56,359 nt of DNA, taken from assembly GCA_032718475.1 (NCBI GenBank), contig JAUCBJ010006733.1:1-56359 (forward strand). The letters run 5' to 3'. The notes under the pieces are model-generated. The model had not been told where the DNA came from and did not search any database. It worked only from the letters and a program-made list of their open reading frames with translations. The first letter of the stretch is position 1; each line of letters begins with the position of its first letter. Made by a program: the position numbers and the translations under genes. Of this stretch, positions 12,601 through 23,129 are shown one piece after another. This DNA is from Nemertoderma westbladi (taxonomy: Eukaryota; Animalia; Xenacoelomorpha).

Positions 12601-13700
12601 CTACCTAAGTTGGTGTTATTTAGTTGCCTTCTAACAGCTGGAGGCAAATCAGGCAATTTCTGACGGTGGAATGTTCTTTTACGTCTGCTTAGACGAGATC
12701 TATTTCCTTTGCCTTCAGTATCGGTGGTATCGCCTTCCTCAGATGATGTATATCCCTGTCTTTTGGGAGTAGATCGATTCATCATCTGCATATTACTAGC
12801 TGTTAACTGTTTATTTATGCAGTCTTGATTCTCCTGAATGTTTTCCAATTCTAAATGGGTGATTTCTTCCGCCGCTCTACGTTCTGCTTCTGCCACTGCC
12901 ATTTCCGCTTTTCTTTTCATTTCGGCTGCTTTTCTTTTCGCTTCTGCCTCTGCCGCTGTCGCTGCCGCTATCGCTGCCGCTTTTCTTTCCATTTCGGCCG
13001 CTTTCCTTTCCATTTCGTCGGCTTTACTTTCCTCTTCGGCTGCTTTCCTTTCAGCTTCGGCAGCTGCTACTGCTGCTTTCTTTCTGTCTTCTATACGTTT
13101 TTTCTTTACTTGCTCTTCTTGGACTCGTGTGATGCGGAGTTGTTCATCAAATTTAGCCTGGTTCGCAGCCCTCATTTCCACATCGATGGCATCCAACACA
13201 CGCTTAGTTCCTTCACTATTAGGGCTAAGTCCATCTAACCTTCTCCTCAACTCGTCATCACCTAAAAAACGTTGATAGTCTGACAGATAGATGTCAATGG
13301 CATCCCTCTTATGCGGCTTCTCTGCCGTCGCTTCACTTTCCACTTGGGAAAAAGTAGCGTCTGTTGATTCTCCATGGGTTGAGCGCTCCTCCAGCTGAGC
13401 TTTCCACTGAGCTGTTCCTTGAACTTGGCGACTCACCCGTTGAAACCAAGTCTTTACGGCAACTTGCAACGACGTGTCTTGTCTTCTTTTAGAAGCCTCT
13501 TCAAAGGCTGATAATATTAGCCTGATTCGCAGAATTCTTTCTCTAACTTGATAAAGCAGTTGTCCCTGCTCTTGAGGTCCTTGAGGTTGTTGTAACAGTT
13601 GTTTTTCTACTCGCTCCATAGAGCTGAAGAATCCCTGTGCGTATCCGGCTGCGGACCTCTTCCACACAGCTGGATCGATGGTTTCCTTGGCTACTCCCAT
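9600..13700 (-). CDS. BEL/Pao Gag-aspartic protease polyprotein with RNase H tail remnant (1366 aa)
   Basis: KFNGD..KW..F...LSNGEKLRFL Gag core. Three knuckles: CVLCDGPHRLNAC, CYNCLRRGHQRRTC, CAKCGAKHHILLH. Protease ALLDSGSTGT (~10490), then AVRTRVGWYLTGP, then directly QWRYCPKKFNPTDIASRG. Confidence 0.9.
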   Translation of the reverse strand: MGVAKETIDPAVWKRSAAGYAQGFFSSMERVEKQLLQQPQGPQEQGQLLYQVRERILRIRLILSAFEEASKRRQDTSLQVAVKTWFQRVSRQVQGTAQWKAQLEERSTHGESTDATFSQVESEATAEKPHKRDAIDIYLSDYQRFLGDDELRRRLDGLSPNSEGTKRVLDAIDVEMRAANQAKFDEQLRITRVQEEQVKKKRIEDRKKAAVAAAEAERKAAEEESKADEMERKAAEMERKAAAIAAATAAEAEAKRKAAEMKRKAEMAVAEAERRAAEEITHLELENIQENQDCINKQLTASNMQMMNRSTPKRQGYTSSEEGDTTDTEGKGNRSRLSRRKRTFHRQKLPDLPPAVRRQLNNTNLGSIEPTDQIIKIERLPTIVDEPEIIRPVFEITPSVIDTPVLPEATSKFPLHSTKLPVPSRTAQETVQVLDPERNIHDLSPVVPRPPATTLATPASAVEWVDERRRGMDLLLGQMQETVQQFKGTIRESRLELQEVQQSIALERDKLVNTQRGIPPPSVTMCQPVRSEVSHAQGVEPTRIYTASEVETPIVNPIKGNYRPVDNDIPYRTDHNPRNLYTDNSILNNTMAQESFTRQMARTEARQAVKVGEIVKFNGDEMKWLPFNEYYKDNIQNSVLSNGEKLRFLIECLEGSPKLMALKFIGHPDGLRQVWDTLNIRYGNRNNIAGYLYAKLVAPRKFISSGIIEFSDEIQEICRQLDWLGKSHEYQSAMVIRAVASTLPKGGVGTRWDKKVLYMMEQQRRDPTMADLMSFLNGEVKLQLLRQSREKTLENKVSEKPVSRRRVTPVCYTDDGESQTSQGEDSGKDTERSYYVNKTPKDQVSKFKSRTNDRREPVQKTPPTSPKRIQVRKPEERTSVHHIAQVKVSNINSKCVLCDGPHRLNACDKFLRKSLKDRREVMWDKRLCYNCLRRGHQRRTCYSDARCAKCGAKHHILLHTEFERNSPSQVSESELHVQFSDVNDTDQSEMEGFYTDEFSDQNESCYLINTTAVYRALVHEKDTDSDLTLTTSDQQQSWKAPTSNVGIREFPVVQLRVHGPQKSYIVNALLDSGSTGTFIDKELAEDIFAGQPKFRTKLNMSGIMQVWKSAVAADYYIGELSTPQDKLGEYSIRSVKMVAIKNFATTQVEPYNWDEDDHAQQLNIPRFDTDYPGVQILIGQNAHEALETLEKRPAQPQPLQTYAVRTRVGWYLTGPSRRTLRERLLQDRVCQVSEWKDDTSEGDDPTEGTPYSSDNDDISSNVDQWRYCPKKFNPTDIASRGATPQKLTDTTDRLGEPDFLSKEDEWPPHLTPTEIRPAKGAEKVKPKTRTGGSELFEPGIDLIDVYYILPGTTPWIWTSPPRVDPS

Positions 13701-13745
13701 CCGGTGTATGTCTTCCCAGGCAGCTTCTGATAAATCAAATGGGAG

Positions 13746-14255
13746 TCAGGGTCCGGGGAAGTTCCATTGTGACTCGACCATAGACTTCAGTTCTTCCCTT
13801 GTGTATCCCTCATATCGATCTTTAGTTGATCGCTTACTTCTCGCCCAATCGATCTGGTGTTCTTCCACCGCGATCAATAACCTAGTGAGTACGGCTGCAG
13901 GAAGGATGAGAAGGGGATCCGAATAAACCGCATCCGTCATCCTTGCTCCGCGCTCGGGTGTCAGTTCTACAGTATCTTCACTACTGGAGCTGTCGGGCCG
14001 CTGAGAAATAAGTTCTTGGCTCGCGGGTTGTTGCTGTTCCGCTGCTTCTTGGTCCCACTTGACCTGAGCTCGAGTGCCTATGATAGACCTACGATGTTGG
14101 ACCAGCCTAGGTTCTGTTATTACTACTGGAGGGATGACCTTCCTCACAGTGGGAGGTGAACTGAACTTAGGACTAGACGGTTCTACACCTCTATCTGAGT
14201 CGCAGATAGTTACATCTAATAAACTGTCTGACAGGTTCTGCTTAGTATCAGACAT
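13746..14255 (-). CDS. N-terminal part of BEL Gag, same frame as 9600-13700, separated by one TGA
   Basis: After TGA (13748-13746) the frame reads LPFDLSEAAWEDIHR straight into the ATG at 13700 (45 nt, no other stop). Confidence 0.7.
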   Translation of the reverse strand: MSDTKQNLSDSLLDVTICDSDRGVEPSSPKFSSPPTVRKVIPPVVITEPRLVQHRRSIIGTRAQVKWDQEAAEQQQPASQELISQRPDSSSSEDTVELTPERGARMTDAVYSDPLLILPAAVLTRLLIAVEEHQIDWARSKRSTKDRYEGYTREELKSMVESQWNFPGP

Positions 14256-15579
14256 GTTTGTTTACACAGTTGAATGCCTACTGCTATATTACAGTTTAAG
14301 CCAGTCTAGTAATTCAGTATTAACTGCTAGCCTAGTAATTAATTACCGATACTGCTACTCAATGTAGCGTGATATATATAATATATTAGAATACCGGTAT
14401 GCTTATAGTATATATAACTATATAAGTATTATTACAGACTAGGTTTATCACAGAATACCGGTATAATTTTAGCACAAATATATATAAATATATAATAGGC
14501 CTATCGGGAATACCAGTATACAGCTTACAGTTTGTAGTATATATAATTCTGGACTAGAATTAATTACAAGTACCGGTATAATTTCAGCCTAAATTTATAG
14601 AAATAAAGATAATAGGCCTATCATAAATACCGGTATATCAATTATTTTAAATAATTGAATTTCTGAATTTTAGGGTTACTTGGTTACTTTACTTACTTTA
14701 TTACCGTTATTTGAGCAGTAGTCCAACTGATATTGAGACCTAATGGTTGTATGGTAGGCCTACTATTTATAAATCGTTAGATTTGATTTATAATATATAT
14801 ACCCGTTTTAATGGGTTTTGTCAATGTTTGAAATAAATGTTATTATTTCTGGGGAGTAATCACTACACAAAGCGGTGCGCTTTCAGTGAAGTGTTACTTA
14901 TAGGATACTAAAACAAATAATGCTAATTTACCTAAGTTACTTAATACTACAAATTACTTACAATTCGGGTGAGATTACAATCTCTAAATAAACACAAAAA
15001 TTTACAAAAAACACAAAATACGAATTTTCAGGGTAATTTTACAAGAAGTCTACAAACCAGCCTAACAAAGGGTTAGAATCTGGTTATTACAACGGACAGG
15101 GTACTACGGTATTTGAAAATAATAAGTAGTAGTAAATACACTGCGTTGTCCAGATAGGAAAATACCACCGCCTGACGACCTATAGCCGTATCGCTATAGG
15201 TACTACGTTATGTATCACGGAGTGTTCCTACCTAGAAGTTAATAGAGCTAATCGAACGTGCCTATCAACCACTTTACAACACAAATATAATGCCTACACT
15301 AATTACTTTCGGAAAGCACTGTACACTAAACCCTAAATTAGGTACAAGTGCTTATACAACAGATAATCAGTAGTTAAAAATACTTGAACAGCTAAAAGAA
15401 CCACGGCATCTGCTGGAGTGACCGATGCACAAAATCACCAGTCTTTACCTACGCCAAGCAGCCCGTGTAGTACCGGGGTTAATTTAACTATAACGGTATG
15501 TATAACAAACACAATTATTGTAGGAACAAACTTGGGGAATGAATGTTGCGAATAATCGCATAAACTCTGAATAATAAAT

Positions 15580-16147
15580 ATTACGCTACGCGTACAAACC
15601 ACTCAAACAAAATGCAGACCAAATACTGACAGACTACTATCAAGCCTAAATAAACTACAGGACATGCAGACTCCGAAATGATTAGGTAGTATGCGTTCTA
15701 ACCCAGTAGTACGACTTATTCTTTAGTTGGGGGTTTACCTTACAGCATTGGCTGCCCCTACTTCCTAACCGTTCTTTATCGGACAGAGGCTCTACACACA
15801 CTGCAATCCGTTCAGACCTAATAACAGCCAGACAACTATCCAGCCTACAAATTATCTAAATAAATATTATACGCTACCTGTACAGACTACACAAACAAAG
15901 TACAGACTAAACGATGGCAGACTACTCTCAAGCCTAAATAAACTACAGGACATGCAGACTCCGAAATGATTAGGTAGTATGCGTTCTAACCCAGTAGTAC
16001 GACTTATTCTTTAGTTGGGGGTTTACCTTACAGCTTTGGCTGCCCCTACTTCCTAACCGTTCTTTATCGGACAGGTGATCTACACACACTGCAATCCGTT
16101 CGGACTTAACAGCAATCAGACAACAGCCCAGCCCAGCCTACAAATTG
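15580..16147. repeat. 288-bp tandem duplication in the BEL 5' leader
   Basis: AAGCCTAAATAAACTACAGGACATGCAG... occurs at 15642 and 15930, with near-identical cores and diverged edges. Confidence 0.9.
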
Positions 16148-16267
16148 TCTGTGCAATATGATCAGGCTTACACGCCTTCTGTTCAATACTGGCCTACAAA
16201 CAAATAAAACTGACAGAAATAAGTAAGCTCCAAAAGAAACAAGGGGTGTACAGTCCCTAATCTCTTA

Positions 16268-16869
16268 AATATTGGGTTTTCGGGGTTATTTATCGTTATT
16301 CCAAATATAATAATTCATCAACCATATTATGAAGAACTGACAGTAAATAGCAGTATAACAATATAAAAGTATGCACAGGTTGTTTGATTAGGTATGGTAT
16401 GTTATGTTATGTTATGATAACGGATATATGTCCTTATAATTAAGCCTACTAGTGTTAGGCTAAAACAGAAAACACGGAGGTGCCAAAAGCCGGTTCTTAG
16501 GCTCTGGGCAAAAACATAACACTGAACTACTGAGTTTCTGTATACACCTCCAACACAGAGACAACAAACGCTCTGATTGGTCAACCGAACAACGAGAGAA
16601 CAAAGAAACAAAGAAACGTCGACGTGGCAATATCAGCTGTTAGCCGTCGTCATGGTAGCGACACTGTTTTCAGGAGTATCTAGCTTATCGCGTCACGAGA
16701 TTGCGGATTATGTCCTCTAAAGTACAAATACAGTACAAATACATAAGAAATGACTTTTATGTCCTCTAAAACACCAGTACAGCAAGGACACGGCCTTTTT
16801 ATGCCTGGCAAACCAACTACAGAGTACTTTAAGGGAAAATAACCGGTTAATGACGCAAAAGCTTTTACA
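16268..16869 (-). repeat. 5' LTR of BEL element (only ~602 bp shared with the 3' LTR)
   Basis: Matches 1933-2535 apart from one 1-bp indel and one substitution. No CA end or PBS is visible at the inner boundary. Confidence 0.85.
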
Positions 16870-17279
16870 AAGGATTTTCACTAGCCTATCAGCAACCTCC
16901 TACCTACCTCCTTTTTCTTTTAGAGTCTGTTAAGAAAAATAACATTACCACCGCAGAAGGCTTCACCAAATTAGTTTATTCCATAAAGTATTGAACTTAT
17001 TATTTTTTTTATGAGAAGTCTGTGAAATGTTTAAAAATTCTATTATTATTTTTGTGCGTACTTGAATTGTCAAAAATGCTACACTGAGGCATTAACAGGG
17101 GAAATTAACTTAATTTCATTACTAGATCGACAACACGACAACATAGAGATGATTTGTAATATTTCTGACAAATTGAGACGCCACACCGCAATCTTAATTA
17201 TAAAACGCAAATTCACCGTCAATGGATACCTGTCATCAATCTCAGAACGTGAACTTAATAGTTAAACGCCTTATCGGTT

Positions 17280-17557
17280 GGGGTGCAGATTAAAAGTGGC
17301 CCCATTTCTTTTATTGAATGGCGGTTTTGTTAAATTTCTGAAATACAGATTTTTGTGATAGAATCACTCAATTTGAATTTATGTCTCATAACTGAACCTC
17401 GTGCTGCGCGAAGGCCCAACGAACGTGTCACCCTGTCCGGTCTAATTTTGAACGTTAAATAACTCCAATCCTCGATGAAATCTAACCAAACTTGGTACAC
17501 ATGTAGTCTGGCAAAAGTTTAGAAATTTTCTAAGCTGAATTTGCATGTGGCCTTCGA
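17280..17557. mobile_element. Older diverged HINE fragments: right end joined to a left-end core
   Basis: 17280-17428 resembles 7886-8049 and ends GCTGCGCGAAGGCCCAACGAACGTGT. 17445-17557 resembles 4462-4575. Confidence 0.65.
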
Positions 17558-17588
17558 GACAAGCTAAGATAAAAGCAATTTATTAGTT

Positions 17589-18706
17589 AATTATCATAAT
17601 TTGAAACTTGGGGTCTATCTTCCCGGTATAGTAAATGTGAATAAAGAAGTTTTTATTTAAAATTAATGTATTTAAATTTAATAAAATAGGAAAAATACTG
17701 ATAATAAATTAATAAGTCTAATGACATTTCGACCTTACGGTCATCTACAGAGACTGTGAAATAATAAAGATAATGTAAATACTGAATTTGAAACAATGCA
17801 AATACTGGCAGTTAGAATTCAAATCTACCGCCACCTAGTTATCCTGAAAATAGTTACAAAGATATACTGTAATATAGTGTAGTTAGCACCAGAAAATTAA
17901 TAAACGTACTGGTATTATTGTGGAGGAAAGATATAAACGTATCCAATAATAAACAAATAAATACGATATTGACTGCACAAAGTTTTCCGTTGTGGACGGA
18001 ACAGGATATTACAACCTCAACGAAGAGTTCTTATATCGCTGGTAACATTTTATTAAAGCTCGGGTCTAAATGTATTAATTAATACAGCTTCATACGATAG
18101 CCTATCACGACCATCTCTAAACTGTTTCAACACGGTCACTCTAAAACCTCCTTCACAGTTCATGAAATGTTCTACAAGGTATTTTTCCTCTCCTAATGGT
18201 CCTTTCCGTGCATTCCTTATTCTTATCGAAATGCGGACCGTGTAGGCCAAGGGCACACTTATAATTAAATGAAACTGGTACAGGTTCGCAATCGACAGGT
18301 TCGCACGAATCCAATTGAATAAATCTCTATGCAGGCTCGTATACCTCGAGCGGAGAAACCGTAGTTTATCGTGGAGATGCTGAATGTCCAAGGTCAATGC
18401 TTTAGAAATAAATTTGGCTGAAAGTGACGAATATCCCAAATAACGTATTTTATTGCTCAAATTCACTAAATAGTTCGGAGTTAAACATATTTATTAATTT
18501 AGTTTTTTATTAATTTCATTTATTAATAGTTATTAATTTATTATCAGTATTTTTCCTATTTTATTAAATTTAAATACATTAATTTTAAATAAAAACTTCT
18601 TTATTCACATTTACTATATACCGGGAAGATGGACCCCAAGTTTCAAATTATGATAATTTTGATACAATGAACTCTTCCCTGAAAGCGGTTTGTCGAGAAC
18701 TTAACG
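17589..18706 (-). mobile_element. Internally deleted Penelope-like element with inverted terminal repeat
   Basis: ~127-bp inverted repeat (17589-17715 vs 18530-18658). ORF 18053-18466 ends in a GIY-YIG C-terminal motif (EHFMNC..F.VTVL...RLSYEAVLINTFRPEL). Candidate 13-bp TSD ATT(A/G)GTTAATTAT at 17582/18707. Confidence 0.7.
17721..17756 (-). ncRNA. Minimal hammerhead-ribozyme-like motif of the Penelope pLTR
   Basis: Minus strand CTGTAGA-T-GACC-GTAA-GGTC-GAAA. One deviation from CUGANGA; perfect 4-bp stem II with a GNRA loop. Confidence 0.5.
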
Positions 18707-19484
18707 ATTGGTTAATTATGTTGATTGCGGTAAAAACGGCATTTTCAGCCTGTCCGTTCATGGAAATAAATTATTTTCTAGTATAAGATTTAATAATTAT
18801 ACTTAAAAAGTATACAGCTCTTAGCTAGATTCCAGCTGTATACTTTTTAACTATAATAATTTAAAAATATAGGCCAACATTTTTTTCTCTCTCAGATTTT
18901 TATAAAGTTACACACACATATTGTTCCTTTTTACTAAACAAGTGATGTGAAATTTTGGGAAAATTCATTGACATCTTGAGGTAGCACAAGCACCTTAAAC
19001 ATTTCGCACCAAAGCGACACTTTTATGAAAAAAATAGGCATGGTCTTGAAAAAATTCACTAACTATCGTTTTTACTAGAAACTATACTATAAACACACAA
19101 CCAACGGCATAGAAGAATACAATTTCAAATGGGAGTAAACAATAAACAACCATGGAATTCTTTACAAAAAAGAATTTGACTATTCTGCTTTAATTCACCC
19201 TCGCGAGTTCCTTAAGTTGCCGAAAAACTTCAACTTTCTACAGATCGGCAACCTTAGTTGCTCTGCAAGTTACTGACAAAGATGCGCTCAAAAAAGTTGC
19301 CATGTGTAAACACCTTTATAGCCCATGTTGTAAATATTAATTCCAGAACATCTATGTATGTGAGTGTGCATGTGAGTTGATTCTCTTGGCTGTCTGGCAA
19401 CTGGCATAGCCTGCTGGGGATTGGGATAGCCCCATGAGCGGGCTGGGCCTCCATCCAATGCTGACATGTATTGCAACTGTACAA

Positions 19485-22400
19485 TGTGGGGCGAGCCACG
19501 AAGTGAGAGAGCCTTAGCGTAGTGGTACCATTAATCAACCTGTCGTTCTGTCGTTCTGTCGTTCTGTCGTTCTGTCGTTCTGTCGCGTTTTTTTTCAGTA
19601 TTTTATTTTAAACGTTAATAACTCGGCCAATCCTTGATGAAATCTATCCAAACTTGGTACACATGTTGTTTGGCAAAAGTTTGAAAATTTTCCAAGTAGA
19701 ATTTGCGTGGGGCCTTCGTGCAGCATCAGTGTAACTGTTATTGTAGTTATAATATATTTATTTATCCAAAATTAACATGCGTTAAATTATTATTACTGTA
19801 GGATAAATCAGCTGGTTTTCTGACAAATTTTGCAAAACATAGGGGCTGTCTGCCAATCTGCATGTACCATTTGTACCGGTACTGTCAGGCTGTAATACAG
19901 GTCAGCCGGTACCATACACTGCAGACATGCCATATCATGTAATCTAAACATGGCCCCGGAAACCCTTGCGGTGATTATAGTTTAGGCCTAATTAGCCTAG
20001 TACCGGTAATAATAATATAATAGTTTAGATAGTTCAGTAGTTACCGCTAATCATTCAGTCATTGGCACGGTACACCGTATTGCTGTACTGCCGTTCAGCC
20101 GTTGTAGTGCGCACCGTAGGTACCACCCATGCGTAGGCTGACTGTGCTGATTATGGTTTGATTGATTGATTGTTTTTTACACATAATTAAACCTTTTAAA
20201 ATTCACAATAATACATTTATAAAGATTACGTTACGATATTAGGCCTACAGTACAAGTAGGCCTAATAACACTAGATATTTAGGAGCACCAATACTGATTT
20301 ATGTAGATAGTCAACTTATAAAATGTTTATTTACTTAAATAAAGGGTTCTGGTGTAAGGATAGCCTCATGAGGTATATACCTCGTTTCCATGAGGGTCCT
20401 ATAATAATTTTCATACTCTAATATTTAAAGCTAGTCAGACTGTGGTACCTAAGCTATATACTGTTAGGTATATTGCTGTATTGGGGTGGGGTTAGGAATA
20501 ATCCATTTGTTTTAGCATTGAACTGTTGAATCCCCTTATTTATTATAAAACCATTGGAAATATTCGCAAATGCCGCTCCATTACTGTCTGATGTCTGAAA
20601 CGCTCCCGACAGTCCGATGTATCTGGACCCGAGCAGCCGAGTTGCTTCAAGAGGTGATTAACGGGGGAATACTACGGAATTGCTTGTTTGTCAGTACGAT
20701 TCTATTTGGGTATTTACTACACTCAGACACTGGGAATACGGCGGTCGGTCAGATCGTAATGCGGGCCACTGCCAAGTTCATCATGCCTCACTCCGGTCAC
20801 CCACCTTGGAGTGCGGTGGGAAGAGTCCCACTTACTGACTTACGTCGACGACTGGACGAATCGACGAGGATTGCGATCTGGGTTTAGCGGCGGCCCGGAT
20901 CCTGGGATCGCCTGGGGGAAATGGTTGAACGTTGGGCAGACGTTATCGCACTGGATTACGTTCTCTGTGACGCGAAAGTGTGAAGCGAATTCGTTGTCGA
21001 ATTGGGTCGGAAGCTGCGGGAATTCTACTGTTCTACGGGAGTAAACCGCAGCGGTCCGGTGACTAGACTACGGACGGATACTACTGGGATAAGCAGGTAT
21101 TTCGATCGAGTTTCTCGTATTCTCGATGCTCGAGGCGGATAGAGAGTTGGTTGTGTTGGGCGGTGTTGTTCAATTCTATCAAACATATTAAATAATTGGT
21201 AAAATAATAAAAACACACCAGATAAAGATACTGAGCTTATGGTAAAGAGATAGGCCGAACTTACAATTTCCAAATAGATTGTTCATATAATAAATATATT
21301 TTTGGTATTTGATTTCAAGATAGGGGGGGGGGGGGGGGGGGGGGGACTGGACGCAATAAAAATTCATCCCTCTCCAGGGGAAATTGGACGCAAATAACAA
21401 CAGCTGATTACTCTCAAAAATAAAACTGTAACCTGTTCTATTGTGTTTACTTTATTGTTTTGGTTAAAATAACGTGCCACTGTAACCTGCTCCTTTCCCA
21501 AAATTTAGAAATTAATATTGAGGCGGGATATTAATTCGCCAAGATGGGATTTGCGTCCAGTCCCACCCCCCTCCTATCTCTTGATTTCACTAAAAAATAG
21601 AATACATTGCATTTTACTGTTATAATTACTGTATTGAATAAAATAATTAATTGATTGTTTATTAAACCGTGCTAAGCACGTTGAACTGGAGCTCTAACAA
21701 TTCCCCACTAGCGGCAGACAGGAACTGTAAAAGTCTCTGTAGAATTTCTAATTAAGCAATGCTCTTAGGTAACTACTACTAAATTTCAGATGAATCTGAT
21801 CGTTGGTTCTATAATTACAGCTATTTTTACGTTTCTGTTAATTCGCCCCCTAGCGGCAGACCGGGGAACTGTAGAAGTCTGTCTGTGTGTAGAATTTCTA
21901 AATTTTTTTAAGACTACAAGTGTACCAAGTTTGGTTCCATTTCATCCATGATTGACCGACTTATTAGCGTTCAAACATTCCTGCCACGAATAAAAGCTGC
22001 AGGAACTCGAGCGATAATTAATTTATTTATTATTAAATACTGTTTCAATTAAATTCTTTACGAAAATCTAGTCATCTTCTTTTAAATATGGACCCTGCAT
22101 TCATGGAAAATATAATATTTGATAATTCATCAGTCACCAGTCAGCCTACGCTAATTTCACAGCAAAGTCCTTGTCATGCATTGTGGTCAGGAGAATATCA
22201 GAATTTGTGGATAAGAAAGTTTGCCAGAAAGCCTTTCTGTTTCAGAATAACTAAACTTTACTGCTAATTTCTGTGACTGACGGAATTTCCAGCACTAGTG
22301 AGCAAATCATTTGTTTCCGTAAGATGGCTTACTGAAATCCAATAATTATTTTTGTGAAATGGTTTACTGCAGTGGTGCTTCCAAAATATGCATGCATTTT

Positions 22401-23119
22401 GCATGGTAATGTATACCATAATATTTTTAAATTACTTTTAAAAACGTAAATTATTAGGATAATTATGTTATCAATTTTCAGCAGACTTTACATCCCAGTA
22501 TTTTTTCTAAGCGATCAAATATTTACTCATCCATACCCATTTCCTACACTTTAGATACCATACTTTTAGGATATTGAAACCATTTTTGGTGATGGGGATG
22601 TTAATTTTTTGATGTGAAGTGTGACCATTTTTCAATAATCGCCCGATGGGCTTGATCTCTCAAACCAAAACTTCCTCTGCGGGGTTTGCGCGGCAGTAAA
22701 GATTGAAAGTCTGGAAGCTGGCATCCCTAGGTATTATTATTATAAAGAGCGTCAGCCAGCGTTTAATAAATATATTTTAATACAAAACAGGTCGAACGCA
22801 AATAGGCTTATAATGAAGACGAGTACTGCATTGATTATATTTCTATAAACCACCTGGCTTTGCATATTGAACGTGCGTTTGGAAATAAGTTCGTGCTACC
22901 CTTCCGTGGGTGGTAGATGTCGCGGTTATGTATTGGTGGGTGGGAAGGGAGGGGGGGGGGGTGCAGATTAAAAGGGGTGAACACGTACTGTCCCCCTTTC
23001 TTTGATTAATTGGTGGTGTTGATTAATCTCTCATAACCTGATTTTGTGATACAGTCGCACAATTTTAATTTGTATCTCATAACTGGGCCTCGTGCTGCGC
23101 GAAGGCCCCACGAACGTGT
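19485..23119. mobile_element. Helentron/HINE-like element, copy 2
   Basis: Same termini (TGTGGGGCGAGCC...CCCCACGAACGTGT) and body as 4334-8049, except for a different ~470-bp internal block. Confidence 0.7.
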
Positions 23120-23129
23120 TAAGAATGCC

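Larger units (their letters stand above)
104..16869 (-). mobile_element. BEL/Pao LTR retrotransposon, internally deleted (Gag-protease only), with nested insertions
   Basis: 5-bp TSD AAGGA at 99-103 and 16870-16874. Minus-strand termini TGTAAA...GAACA. A ~602-bp direct repeat (1933-2535 vs 16268-16869) has 2 differences by eye. BEL-type Gag zinc knuckles and DSG protease lie inside. Confidence 0.88.

Noticed and set aside
10995-14367. Plus-strand ORFs opposite BEL gag
   Set aside because: Shadow ORFs; the Ala/Ser/Phe-rich ones mirror the EAERKAAE coiled-coil repeats.
4334-23119. The two 3.7-kb copies as LTRs or a segmental/assembly duplication
   Set aside because: No TG..CA ends or TSD. The copies share exact termini with unrelated flanks and differ by SNPs, microsatellite length and one internal block, so they are independent insertions.
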